From assembly GCA_019120595.1 (NCBI GenBank), contig DWUV01000073.1:1-56586 (forward strand): DNA of 56,586 nucleotides. The letters run 5' to 3'. This document shows, piece by piece, positions 1 through 10,100 of this stretch (position 1 is the stretch's first letter; every line of letters starts with the position of its first letter). Source of the stretch: Candidatus Mediterraneibacter tabaqchaliae. Lineage in GTDB: Bacteria; Bacillota; Clostridia; Lachnospirales; Lachnospiraceae. Made by a program: the position numbers and the translations under genes. The notes beneath the pieces were generated by a model. The model ran no database searches. It was not told where the DNA came from and saw nothing but the letters and a program-made list of their open reading frames with translations.

Positions 1-123
1 TATAGAGAGAAAATATGACAGAAATGTGAGGGGATTATAAAAGAAGCAGGAAATTTCTAAACAGACAGTAAAAAAAGTATAATGGAAAATATGAAATCAG
101 GATTCCGGCCAGTCCGCAGCCAG

Positions 124-273
124 AAAACAACAAGAACCCGTTAACCATCCGGCTAACGGGTTCTCGTCGTTTTTATAAGTTATCTAAAGGAATGAGAGTA
201 AAGTGCGACATCCCGGTTCCCCGGGATGTCAATACTTTATGAGGGGGGAGATAGTTGTTTTATCAACTATCTG
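124..273 (-). ncRNA. Candidate ~150-nt small RNA (three hairpins, C-rich anti-SD tract, intrinsic terminator)
   Basis: Minus-strand -10 TATACT at 285-280. Perfect stems at 249-272 and 207-230 (GGAA loop on minus). 23-bp terminator stem 124-173 whose three mismatches are all G-U on the minus strand. No credible ORF. Confidence 0.55.
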
Positions 274-452
274 TGTCTTAGTATAACCGGGAAATGTGTC
301 CAAAGTATGTTTAAAGTCTTAAAGAAAAAGAAAATACCTTATGAAAAAATTAAGATATCCGAAGCAGAAAGATCCGGGAGCGGCGGAACGGCAGCTGATA
401 AGGCTGAGAAAATCCGTTAAAATGACACGTTTTGTGGAAAAGATAGAAAAAA

Positions 453-514
453 CGACATGCATAGAAAAAGATGTCGGAAAATAGAGAGGTGATATGAAAT
501 AGTTCATGTATAAT
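453..514 (+). promoter_or_regulatory. Promoter of first GH95 gene with CGACA-N14-TGTCGG putative activator site
   Basis: ATGTCGG at 471, TATAAT at 509-514; same arrangement at 12238/12277 and 23702/23741. Confidence 0.55.
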
Positions 515-556
515 TAAGATAACTTGAAATTTCGGAAATAGAAAAGGAGGAAGGGT

Positions 557-3500
557 ATGAAAAAAAAGTGCTTAAGAAAGCGGCATTCTGCCAGAATTAT
601 GTCAGGGATTGCCGCGACAGCTTTGCTGGTGTCATCCGGAGTACTGCCGATAGCCCAGCCCAAAGCGGCTGAAGAGGGGGCAGAGGGGAAACTGAAAGCT
701 TTGCGGCTCGTGTATGATGAACCTGTTCCGCAGGTACTTGAGACATCCAGTGATCCGAATAATTTTGCGGGATGGAGAGAGTATTCCATTCCTATGGGAA
801 ATGCTTATATGGGAGTCAACCTGTTTGGCGGAGTAGGCCATGACCGGATCCAGATCACAGAGAACAGCCTTCAGGATTCGAATTCATCAATAGGAGGACT
901 GAATAATTTTTCGGAAACGTACCTGGATTTTGATCATGATTATGCGGATGTGACAGGCTATCAGCGTGAGCTGTCCCTGGAAGAAGGCATTACGACAGTA
1001 GAATATGATTACAATGGGACGCACTATACGAGAGAGTACTTTGCCAGTTATCCGGATAAGGTGCTGGTGGTCCATCTGGAAAGTGATGGCAGCGGGAAAC
1101 TGGATTTTACGCTCAGACCAACGATCCCTTATATCTGTGATGGAAGGGATGTGGATGAAGACGGCGTAATTTCGGGCGAAGATGAGGAATCCAGAGGAAA
1201 ATCAGGAAAAGTTGTGGCAGAAGATGATAGGATCACTTTGGCCGGGGAGATGGAATATTATGGCCTGGAGTTTGAAGGTCAGTATAAGGTGCTGACTGAC
1301 GGGGATTATGAGGCTGTCAATGACGGGAATGGTGAAAACGGGGTGATCGAGGTCAAGAATGCAGATTCGGCAACGATCATAATGGGGCTTGACACGAATT
1401 TTGATATGGAAAGCAAGCTTTTTACCCAGAGTGACCCAAAGGAAAAACTGGAAGGAAATGAACCTGCCCATGACAGAGTCAATGCGGTCATGGAAGCAGT
1501 TGACGGCAAAGAATACAGTGAACTGAAGGAGAATCATCTGAGCGATTATCAGTCTATGTACGGCAGAGTTGACGTGGATCTGGGCGGAAGCGTGCCGGAG
1601 GGGCTGATGACGGATGAGCTGGTCGCGAATTATAAAAACGGCGATTATGATAACAGTGCGGAAGGGCTCTATCTGGAGACGCTTGCATATCAGTACGGAC
1701 GATATCTTCTGATCTGTTCTTCCAGAGAAGGCGGGCTTCCTACAAATCTTCAGGGCATCTGGAATGTATACCAGGATCCATCCTGGCGTGCGGGAATGTG
1801 GCATAATATTAATGAGCAGATGAATTACTGGGGAGCATTTACCTCTAATCTGGCAGAGACGTTTGAACCGTATATTGACTATTGGCAGGCGTATGTGAAA
1901 AAAGCGGAGTCCTATGCCACCAGTAATATCAGCAAATATAATCCGGACGGACAGATGGAGGGGACGGCGGATTATGACGACGGATGGGCGCTGGGGAATT
2001 CTACCTGGCCGTATAATATCAGCGGCTCTGCGAGTCATTCGGGATTTGGGACAGGACCGTTTATGTCGATTATTTTCTGGGATTATTATGACTATACGCG
2101 GGATTTGAATATACTGGAGGAAAAGACTTATCCGGCGATTTCAGGGATGTCGAAGTTCCTCTCAAAAATCGTGAAAGAGGATGAAGACGGAAAACTGCTG
2201 GCGCAGCATTCCTTCTCTCCGGAGGTACAGGTAGCGACAGAGAGCGGGACAGAAAGCTATGGAACAGTGGGGTGTACTTTTGATCAGTCTATGATCTATG
2301 AGAACCATCTGGACACGGTGAAAGCGGCAGAGGTATTGCAGGAGAACGGAATCGTCCTGACGGAAGAAGACGAGGCAGCGGTCAGTGTCTTTAAGGAGCA
2401 GCTTTCTCTGCTTGATCCGATCCTTGTAGGGTCATCAGGACAGCTCAAGGAGTACAGGGAGGAAGATTATTACGGGGAGATCGGTACAGAACCGACACAC
2501 AGGCATACATCCCAGCTCGTAGGAGTTTATCCCGGATCCATGGTGAATTCTACCACTCCGGCCTGGCAGGATGCAGCAAGAGTGTCCCTGAGTAAAAGGG
2601 AGGAGTCACCGGATCTGACAAAGGGATGGTCTAAAGCACACAGGGCCGCAATCTGGGCACGCCTGTACGAGGGAGATAAGGCGTATCAGAATTATCAGAA
2701 ACTGATCAAAGTGAATCTGATGAGCAACCTGTTTAATGATCATAATGGCTCTTCCAGCAGTTCGAGCAGGCTGTTTCAGGCTGATGCCAATTATGGGATC
2801 ACAGCGGCAGTCAGTGAGATGCTTCTTCAGAGTCATGAAGGATTTATCGCTCCGCTGGCAGGTCTCCCGTCCAGATGGGAAAATGGAAGTTATGACGGAC
2901 TTTCCGCAAGGGGAAATTTTGAAGTGAGCGCCCGGTGGACAGACGGTCAGGCGGACAGTTTTACGATCCTGTCAAAGTCAGGCGGAGAATGTAAAGTAAA
3001 ATATGACAATGTTGCCGGCGCGGTCGTTACAGATGAAGACGGCAGTTCAGTCAGCTTTACGGCAGACGGAGATGACATGATCATATTTGATACGGCAAAA
3101 GGCCAGAGTTATACGATTTCCGGGCTCCCCTTCCGGGCAGCAGTACAGGATGCCTCAAACCTTACATTAAATGTCAACCCGGATAAGCAGCTTGAAGTAA
3201 GCTGGAAAGCCTCTCCTGATGCAGTGTCTTATAATATATACCGCGCGGAAGAGAGCTCGGCTGTATATGAGAGATATGCAGAAGGAGTTGCAGGCGTTTC
3301 TTATACAGGAGACTTTAAAGAAGGAGTGCAGGCTACATATAAACTGACGGCTGTATCTGCCGATGGTACAGAGAGCAAGGGGATTTATATGACTTTTGTG
3401 CCAACAAAAAAAGCGGACAGCGCAAAAGGATATTTCCTCGAGGATGGATCACTGCAGATACAGGTTGAGGATGCACAGCGTGCAGACGACACAGAATATA

Positions 3501-6500
3501 TCCTGTATAGAGCGGAAAAAGACGGCTATACAGAACTCCTCAGGACGCCGTATACGGTGATGCAGCTTGACGGAATAAACGAAGGAGACCAGCTGGCGCT
3601 CAGCAGGTCAGAATATACCGGGGAGAGCAAGAAGATCGATGTGGAATACCAGGAGCAGATCGAGGAGAATGTATGCCTTGGGAAACCGGCAGAGGCAGAT
3701 CGGAGTACATCGGGGAACTATCCTCTTGAATATGCGCTGGACGGCGATCTTTCAACCCGGCTGGGATTCAATGGGAACGGGGATCCGGTCACTATGGTGA
3801 TCGATCTGGAGAATATCTGGGATCTCGACACCTTGATGATACGGGAGTGGAAAGATAAGTCACTGACAGGCGGAACAAGATCAGGAAACACGAAGTGTGA
3901 GGTCAGTACAGATGGAGAGACCTGGGAGACGGTATTTGAAAATGAACCTCTTGTCGGCGGGGAGAACGTGCGGTTTGATATGGGCGGAAGATCTGCATCC
4001 ATGATCCGATTAACTTTTGACAATCTGGAATCAGATAAAGCTGTGTCTATCTATGAGATCCAGTGTTCGGCAAAAAAGGATATCTTTGACAAGCAGGAAC
4101 TGTTCCAAATCCTCATGGAAGCAGATGAGTATGAAAATGATCCGGTTTACGGCATTGGAGTGGATGAAGAACTGATGGCAGCTTACACACAGGCAAAAGC
4201 TGACGCTGTTGATATCCTTGAAGGGAGAAAGGGGACCGCCCAGGGAGATGTGGATGGCGCGGCAGAAACTCTGAGGAATGCGCTTGCTTCAATTACCGGC
4301 GATATGGACGAACTGCTGGCGGAGCTAGTGGAGGATGCAGAAGAAGCGGCCGGGACGATCACGCCTGAGAATGACAGATATGTACAGGAGTACTACGATC
4401 AGCTCATCGCTGCTTTGGATGCAGTGGATGAGGCGCTGAAAGATACGCAGGATAAAGACGCGCTTGGGAATGCGGTGCAGCGGCTTGATATGGCGGTGCG
4501 GACATTTAAAGGTGAGAATGTTCCGGGAGCTGTATCTGTGGATCTTGATGCCGGCATTTATGAGGGGCAGCAGAAGGTCAATCTTACATCAGACAGCAGA
4601 GAGGTTACAGAGTACAGGTATACATTGGATGGGTCAGAGCCGGACAGAAATTCCCGTAAAGCTGCGGAAGGATCACTTGTGCTGCCATATGGCTTGTCTG
4701 TATTAAAAGCAGCGGGATATACTGAGACGGGAGCCAGGACTGAAACCGTGACAGTAAAATATATGTGCAGGAGTGAGAAAAATCTCGCGCTCCATCAGAC
4801 GGCAGAAGGTTCCGGCGAGGGCTATCCACAATATCCGGCATCCTATGCGGTTGACGGTGATCCGTCCACCAGATGGGCTTCCAGAGGAAAAGACGTAAGC
4901 CTTACGCTGACGTTTGACAATCCGGTGACAGTGGATTCTGTATATATAGACGAGTTTAAGAATTCCAGCAATACCCAGGATAACCGCCTATACTCGTATA
5001 CTTTGGAATATCAGGAGGAAGCAGGCGGGGAATGGACCGAAATTTCATCAGGCAGCGTCTACGATACGGAAGGAAAGGTGATGGCAGTTTCAGAATCGTC
5101 GCGTTCTTATGTAGCCATTGGGTTTGAACCGGTGACTGTGTCGGCGCTTCGCATTACTGGTCCGGATGATGACGAGACCTCTGCAGCTCCGATCACATTT
5201 TATGAGACAGAGGTGTATGGAGAAAATCTGGCGAATGCACTTAACGACCTCAATGAAGCGCTGAGGGAGGCGGAGACAGAAAATCCCTCATCGTATACGG
5301 CCGATTCAGCTGAAAAACTGGCAGAGGCAGTGAGAACGGCGGAAGAAATGCTGGACTCTCAGTCTTCGGAAGATATCAGAACAGCAGCCGGGGCGCTGCG
5401 TCTGATACTGGACAGTCTTGAGAAGGCAAAACCTGTGATCACTGCAGAACCGGAAAATCTGTCTGTGAAAGCAGGGAGTGAGGCGGAATTGTCTGTGACA
5501 GCCTATGGAAATAGTCTGGGGTATCAGTGGCAGCAGTACGACGGGCGGTTCTGGCGTACGATAGAAGGGGCAGTGGAATCTGTATACAGATTTACGGCAT
5601 CAGAAGAGAGTGATGGCGCACAGTACAGATGTATCATAAGCAGTCCCGGAGGAAATGCTGTGACAGAGACAGTGTCAATAACTATACGGGAGGACTCCGA
5701 AGAGCAAGTCAGCAAAAAGACACTGGAATATTTCCTGAACGAGGCGAAAGGCTATGTGGAAAACGGAACGGTCGCCGGATGCGTGGAGTCTGTACAGAAG
5801 CTGTTTGAGGAAGCGATCGCGGAAGGTGCTGCAGTGATGGCGGATGAGAGCGCGTCAAGGGAAGAGGTGCTCAATGCGGCCGCAAAGCTGATGTTTGCGA
5901 TCCATGCCCTTGAGATGAAGGCTGGAGACAAGACAGACCTGGAGATGGCAGCGGAGCTCGGGGATATGATCGACCTGACGCAGTATGTGGAGGCCGGACA
6001 GGCAGAGTTTACAGAAGCCCTTGCAAAGGCAAAAGAAGTGCTGGCGGACGGAGACGCTTTCCAGGATGAGATCGACAGCGCATGGGATGCGCTTGTGGCT
6101 GCGATGGAAAATCTCAGGCTGAAAGCGGATAAATCTGTGCTGGAAGACCTGATCAGCCAGACAGCAGAGCTGGATCTGAGCGGATATACCGAGGAGAGCG
6201 TAAGCGTGTTCCGCGCGGCGTTCGCGGCGGCGAATGCAGTTTTGACAGATGAAGCGCTGAGCGTGGATGACCAGGCTGAGGTCGATCAGGCGGCGCAGGC
6301 GCTTCAGGCAGCATATGACGGGCTGGAGAAGGTGCAGGCAGGAGAGCCGGAAGACCCGGGCACGGACAGCGGAAACCAGGGCGGAACGGCCGGAGATGAC
6401 GGCAATGGCGGAACCGGCAGCCAGAACGGCGGCGCGGCTTCAGGTCAGAACGGCCAGAACAGCCCGAGCGGTCAGGACGGAAATACAGGATCAGGCACGG

Positions 6501-6610
6501 AGAAAGCGGCGAAGACCGGGGACAGCGCTCCGGTTGCAGCGGCAGGCATGCTGCTCATACTTTCCGCGGGAGCAGGGATCGTGCTTGGAAAAAGAAAATG
6601 CGGAAGATAA
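557..6610 (+). CDS. Cell-wall-anchored GH95 glycosidase (alpha-L-fucosidase-like, divergent) with Fn3-like, two F5/8-C/CBM32-like, Ig-like and FIVAR-like domains
   Basis: RBS AAGGAGG; signal peptide; GH95 motifs PMGNAYMG, YGRYLLI, NLQGIW, HNINEQMNYW, SPE, HRHTSQL, FQADANYG; C-terminal KAAKTGD + hydrophobic helix + basic tail. Confidence 0.9.
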   Translation: MKKKCLRKRHSARIMSGIAATALLVSSGVLPIAQPKAAEEGAEGKLKALRLVYDEPVPQVLETSSDPNNFAGWREYSIPMGNAYMGVNLFGGVGHDRIQITENSLQDSNSSIGGLNNFSETYLDFDHDYADVTGYQRELSLEEGITTVEYDYNGTHYTREYFASYPDKVLVVHLESDGSGKLDFTLRPTIPYICDGRDVDEDGVISGEDEESRGKSGKVVAEDDRITLAGEMEYYGLEFEGQYKVLTDGDYEAVNDGNGENGVIEVKNADSATIIMGLDTNFDMESKLFTQSDPKEKLEGNEPAHDRVNAVMEAVDGKEYSELKENHLSDYQSMYGRVDVDLGGSVPEGLMTDELVANYKNGDYDNSAEGLYLETLAYQYGRYLLICSSREGGLPTNLQGIWNVYQDPSWRAGMWHNINEQMNYWGAFTSNLAETFEPYIDYWQAYVKKAESYATSNISKYNPDGQMEGTADYDDGWALGNSTWPYNISGSASHSGFGTGPFMSIIFWDYYDYTRDLNILEEKTYPAISGMSKFLSKIVKEDEDGKLLAQHSFSPEVQVATESGTESYGTVGCTFDQSMIYENHLDTVKAAEVLQENGIVLTEEDEAAVSVFKEQLSLLDPILVGSSGQLKEYREEDYYGEIGTEPTHRHTSQLVGVYPGSMVNSTTPAWQDAARVSLSKREESPDLTKGWSKAHRAAIWARLYEGDKAYQNYQKLIKVNLMSNLFNDHNGSSSSSSRLFQADANYGITAAVSEMLLQSHEGFIAPLAGLPSRWENGSYDGLSARGNFEVSARWTDGQADSFTILSKSGGECKVKYDNVAGAVVTDEDGSSVSFTADGDDMIIFDTAKGQSYTISGLPFRAAVQDASNLTLNVNPDKQLEVSWKASPDAVSYNIYRAEESSAVYERYAEGVAGVSYTGDFKEGVQATYKLTAVSADGTESKGIYMTFVPTKKADSAKGYFLEDGSLQIQVEDAQRADDTEYILYRAEKDGYTELLRTPYTVMQLDGINEGDQLALSRSEYTGESKKIDVEYQEQIEENVCLGKPAEADRSTSGNYPLEYALDGDLSTRLGFNGNGDPVTMVIDLENIWDLDTLMIREWKDKSLTGGTRSGNTKCEVSTDGETWETVFENEPLVGGENVRFDMGGRSASMIRLTFDNLESDKAVSIYEIQCSAKKDIFDKQELFQILMEADEYENDPVYGIGVDEELMAAYTQAKADAVDILEGRKGTAQGDVDGAAETLRNALASITGDMDELLAELVEDAEEAAGTITPENDRYVQEYYDQLIAALDAVDEALKDTQDKDALGNAVQRLDMAVRTFKGENVPGAVSVDLDAGIYEGQQKVNLTSDSREVTEYRYTLDGSEPDRNSRKAAEGSLVLPYGLSVLKAAGYTETGARTETVTVKYMCRSEKNLALHQTAEGSGEGYPQYPASYAVDGDPSTRWASRGKDVSLTLTFDNPVTVDSVYIDEFKNSSNTQDNRLYSYTLEYQEEAGGEWTEISSGSVYDTEGKVMAVSESSRSYVAIGFEPVTVSALRITGPDDDETSAAPITFYETEVYGENLANALNDLNEALREAETENPSSYTADSAEKLAEAVRTAEEMLDSQSSEDIRTAAGALRLILDSLEKAKPVITAEPENLSVKAGSEAELSVTAYGNSLGYQWQQYDGRFWRTIEGAVESVYRFTASEESDGAQYRCIISSPGGNAVTETVSITIREDSEEQVSKKTLEYFLNEAKGYVENGTVAGCVESVQKLFEEAIAEGAAVMADESASREEVLNAAAKLMFAIHALEMKAGDKTDLEMAAELGDMIDLTQYVEAGQAEFTEALAKAKEVLADGDAFQDEIDSAWDALVAAMENLRLKADKSVLEDLISQTAELDLSGYTEESVSVFRAAFAAANAVLTDEALSVDDQAEVDQAAQALQAAYDGLEKVQAGEPEDPGTDSGNQGGTAGDDGNGGTGSQNGGAASGQNGQNSPSGQDGNTGSGTEKAAKTGDSAPVAAAGMLLILSAGAGIVLGKRKCGR
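5711..6331 (+). repeat. Shared C-terminal stalk module, copy 1 of 5
   Basis: SKKTLEYFLN...AYDGLEK, aligned by eye with copies at ~11096, 16117, 21319 and 29550. Confidence 0.9.
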
Positions 6611-6653
6611 AAACAGAGAGATAGACCGGAGCCCCCAGATCCGGTGACAGCAC

Positions 6654-6697
6654 AGGGAAGAGGCGGATGCAGCTGAAATGCACCGCCCCTTCTCTTT
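6654..6697 (+). terminator. Probable intrinsic terminator
   Basis: Imperfect stem AGGGAAGAGGCGGATGCA / TGCACCGCCCCTTCTCT followed by T-rich bases. Confidence 0.6.
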
Positions 6698-7108
6698 ATA
6701 TTAAGAACTGTATCCTGTGTCTCGGAAAATGCAATAAATTAAAAGAAAATACTTTGATTTACAGAAAAAAGTGAATATAGTCATATTGAATTCCCTAAAA
6801 GTACTAGAAATTTTTGGGTGGAAGATGTATAATAGTACCAATAAAATCTGTGAAACGGCAAAAAAATCAGATGATTTCACCAAAATGGCATTGACCGGTG
6901 CGTGCAGCCGGTTTTTGCAGCCGGACTGCAGCCGCCCGGCTGATACAGGATCACAGATCTCCGGCAGAGTATGGAAGAGAAACTGTGGTGGAGATCCGGA
7001 ACAGGGAACGGACCGGAACTGGAAGAGGCTGTATTCCAGGGAGTGTCCGAAAAACACATCGGCAGGCACAGACGAGTGGCCTGTGTGCATAAAAGGAGGA
7101 AAGGAAGC

Positions 7109-10100
7109 ATGAAAAGAAAGAGGGTGTTTGCGGCGTTCCTGTCACTGGTGCTGGCAGGGCAGATGGCCTTCTCAGCGATCCCGGCGTATGCGGCAGGATC
7201 AGACGAAGGGATCCGTGACATGGCGGAAGCCGGGGGCGGGGAGATCGATCCGGACGCGTCCAACAAGCCTATGCCGGACGGCAACAAGCTGAGGATGTGG
7301 TACACTTCGCCCGGCGAGAGGTCCGACTGGGAGAATACCTCCCTGGTGATCGGCAACGGCAAGACCGGCGGGATCCTGTTCGGGCAGGTAGCGAACGACC
7401 AGATCCATTTCAATGAGAAGACGCTCTGGCGGGGCGGACCCAGCGAGAGCCGTCCGAACTATGACGGCGGCAACCGGGACGAGGCAGTGACAGAGGAGCA
7501 GCTGGAAGCGCTGCGCCAGAAGATGGACGACCATTCAGAGGCGGTTTTCCCCCAGGGGACATCCACGACCACAGAGGTCTGGGGCGATGGCGCGGGAATG
7601 GGGCAGTACCAGGATTTTGGCGACCTGTATCTGGACTTTTCTGCGACAGGTATGACGAACGACAATGTGGAGAATTATGTCCGCGACCTGGATATGAGGA
7701 CGGGGATCTCATCCGTGAATTATGACTATGAGGGAACCCATTATGAGAGAGAATACTTTGCCAGCCATCCGGACAATGCGGTAGTCACCAGGCTGACCGC
7801 GTCTGAGAAAGGGAAGATCTCTTTCACGGCATCCGTACAGGCGGCTTCCGGGCTGACAGCAGCGGCATCGGCAGAGGGCGGGAAGATCACCCTTGCAGGA
7901 GAAGTCAATGATAACCAGATGAAGTGCGAGATGCAGGCGCAGATCGTGAATGAAGGCGGAACCGTTACGGACAACGCAGACGGCACGGTAACCGTGGAGA
8001 ATGCGGACGCAGTGACCATCATCTACTCTACGGATACGGATTACAAAAATGAGTATCCCGTATACCGCACCGGTGAGACGGCGGAGGAGCTGAACGCTTC
8101 TCTTGCGGAGACTGTGGACGCGGCTGCAGAGAAGTCCTATGACGACCTGCGCTCCGCGCATGTGGAAGATTACTCTGAGCTGTTCGGGCGTGTGGAGATC
8201 GACCTGGGCGGCGAGTGCGCGCAGAAGCCGATCAACGAGATGATGGCGGACTACCGGGCAGGGAACCATGACCATGTGCTGGAGGAGATGGTCTTCCAGT
8301 TCGGGCGCTACCTGACCATCGCGGCGTCCAGGGAAGGTGACGAGCTTCCCAGCAACCTCTGCGGCATCTGGATGATCGGAAGCGCGGGTTCTTACTGGGG
8401 CGCTGACTTCCACTTCAATGTCAACGTGGAGATGAACTACTGGCCCGCATACCAGACCAACCTGGCAGAGTGCGGCTCTGTATTTACGGACTATATGGAA
8501 TCCCTGGTACAGCCGGGACGTGTGACAGCGGAGAAATCTGCCGCGCAGAAGACAGAAGACGTGATCAATACTCCGATCGGTGAAGGGAATGGCTTCCTTG
8601 TCAATACCCAGAATAACCCGTTCGGGTGCACGGCACCGTTTGGATCACAGGAATACGGCTGGAACGTTACAGGCTCATCGTGGGCAATGCAGAACGTGTA
8701 TGACCAGTATCTCTATACGCAGGATAAACAGCTGCTGGAAGATACGATCTATCCGATGCTGAAGGAAATGACCAACTTCTGGGATGGTTTCCTGTGGTGG
8801 AGCGATTATCAGGACCGTCTTGTCGTAGGGCCGTCCTTCTCCGCGGAGCAGGGTCCGACTGTCAACGGTACAACCTATGACCAGTCCCTTGTATGGGAAC
8901 TGTATGATATGGCAATCGACGCGTCCGAGGAACTCGGCGTGGATGCGGATGAGAGAGAAGAGTGGAAAGAGACCCAGAGCCAGCTCAACCCGATCATCAT
9001 CGGAGAGGAAGGGCAGGTCAAAGAGTGGTATGAAGAGACTACGACCGGAAAAGCGCAGGCAGGGGATCTGCCGGAAGTGAGTATCCCGAATTTCGGGGCG
9101 GGCGGAAGCGCGAACCAGGGATCGCTCCACAGGCATACTTCCCAGCTGATCGGCCTGTATCCGGGTACACTGATCAACCAGGATACAGAAGAGTGGATGG
9201 AAGCTGCGATCCGGACGCTGGAGATCCGTGATGAGAGAGGATCCGCAGGTGAAGTCGGACCGGCCGGCACAGGATGGTCCAAGGCGCACAAGCTGAATAT
9301 GTGGGCGCGCACCGGGAACGGCGAGAATACATACAAGCTGATCAGCGGCATGATCGCGGGCAACCGGAACGGCATCCTGGATACCTTCCTGGATTCCCAC
9401 CCGCCGTATCAGATCGACGGAAACTACGGCCTGACGGCAGGCATCAGCGAGGCGCTGATCCAGAGCCAGCTGGGATACACTCAGTTCCTCCCGGCGATCT
9501 CAGAGGCGTGGGATGAAGGAAACGTACAGGGACTTGTGGCGAGAGGCAACTTTGTGATCGGCATGGAATGGTCCGATAACTCCGCAGACAGGTTTACAGT
9601 GACATCCAGAAGCGGCGGCACATTTACGGGCGAGTATGACAACCTCGGCGCATACACAGTTAAGACAGCTGACGGGGAGACAGTAGAAACAACGAAGATC
9701 TCTGACGACAGGATCTCCTTCCCGACAGAGCAGGGCGAGACGTATGTGATCGACTTCAACAGCACGCCGGTGAAGCTCCAGGCGCAGGTAGATGCTGCAA
9801 AAGAACTTTCCGCGCAGATGACAGACGAGCTTCTCGCTCCGGCAAAAGCTGTTCTGGATGCTTGCATCGCAGAGTCTGAGCAGGTCATCGCGGATGAGGA
9901 CAGCAGCCGGTATTCTGAGCAGACAAAGGTCCTTGCAGACGCATGCGTGACAGCACAGGCGGCGGCAGCGCTGAAGGACGCTTACAGGGCGGCGGAAGAG
10001 GTCAGCCAGACCGTGGATCCGAATGAAACATGGGAGACATACAAAGCGGCAGCTGCAGCGCTTCAGGACCAGCTGGCTGAAACAGCGGCAGTGCTTGCTC

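Noticed and set aside
6971-7108. Upstream starts given by the ORF track (6971, 12315, 24846, 31740, 45615, 49320, 49828, 54407)
   Set aside because: Downstream starts have proper RBSs and give family-typical N-termini or signal peptides.
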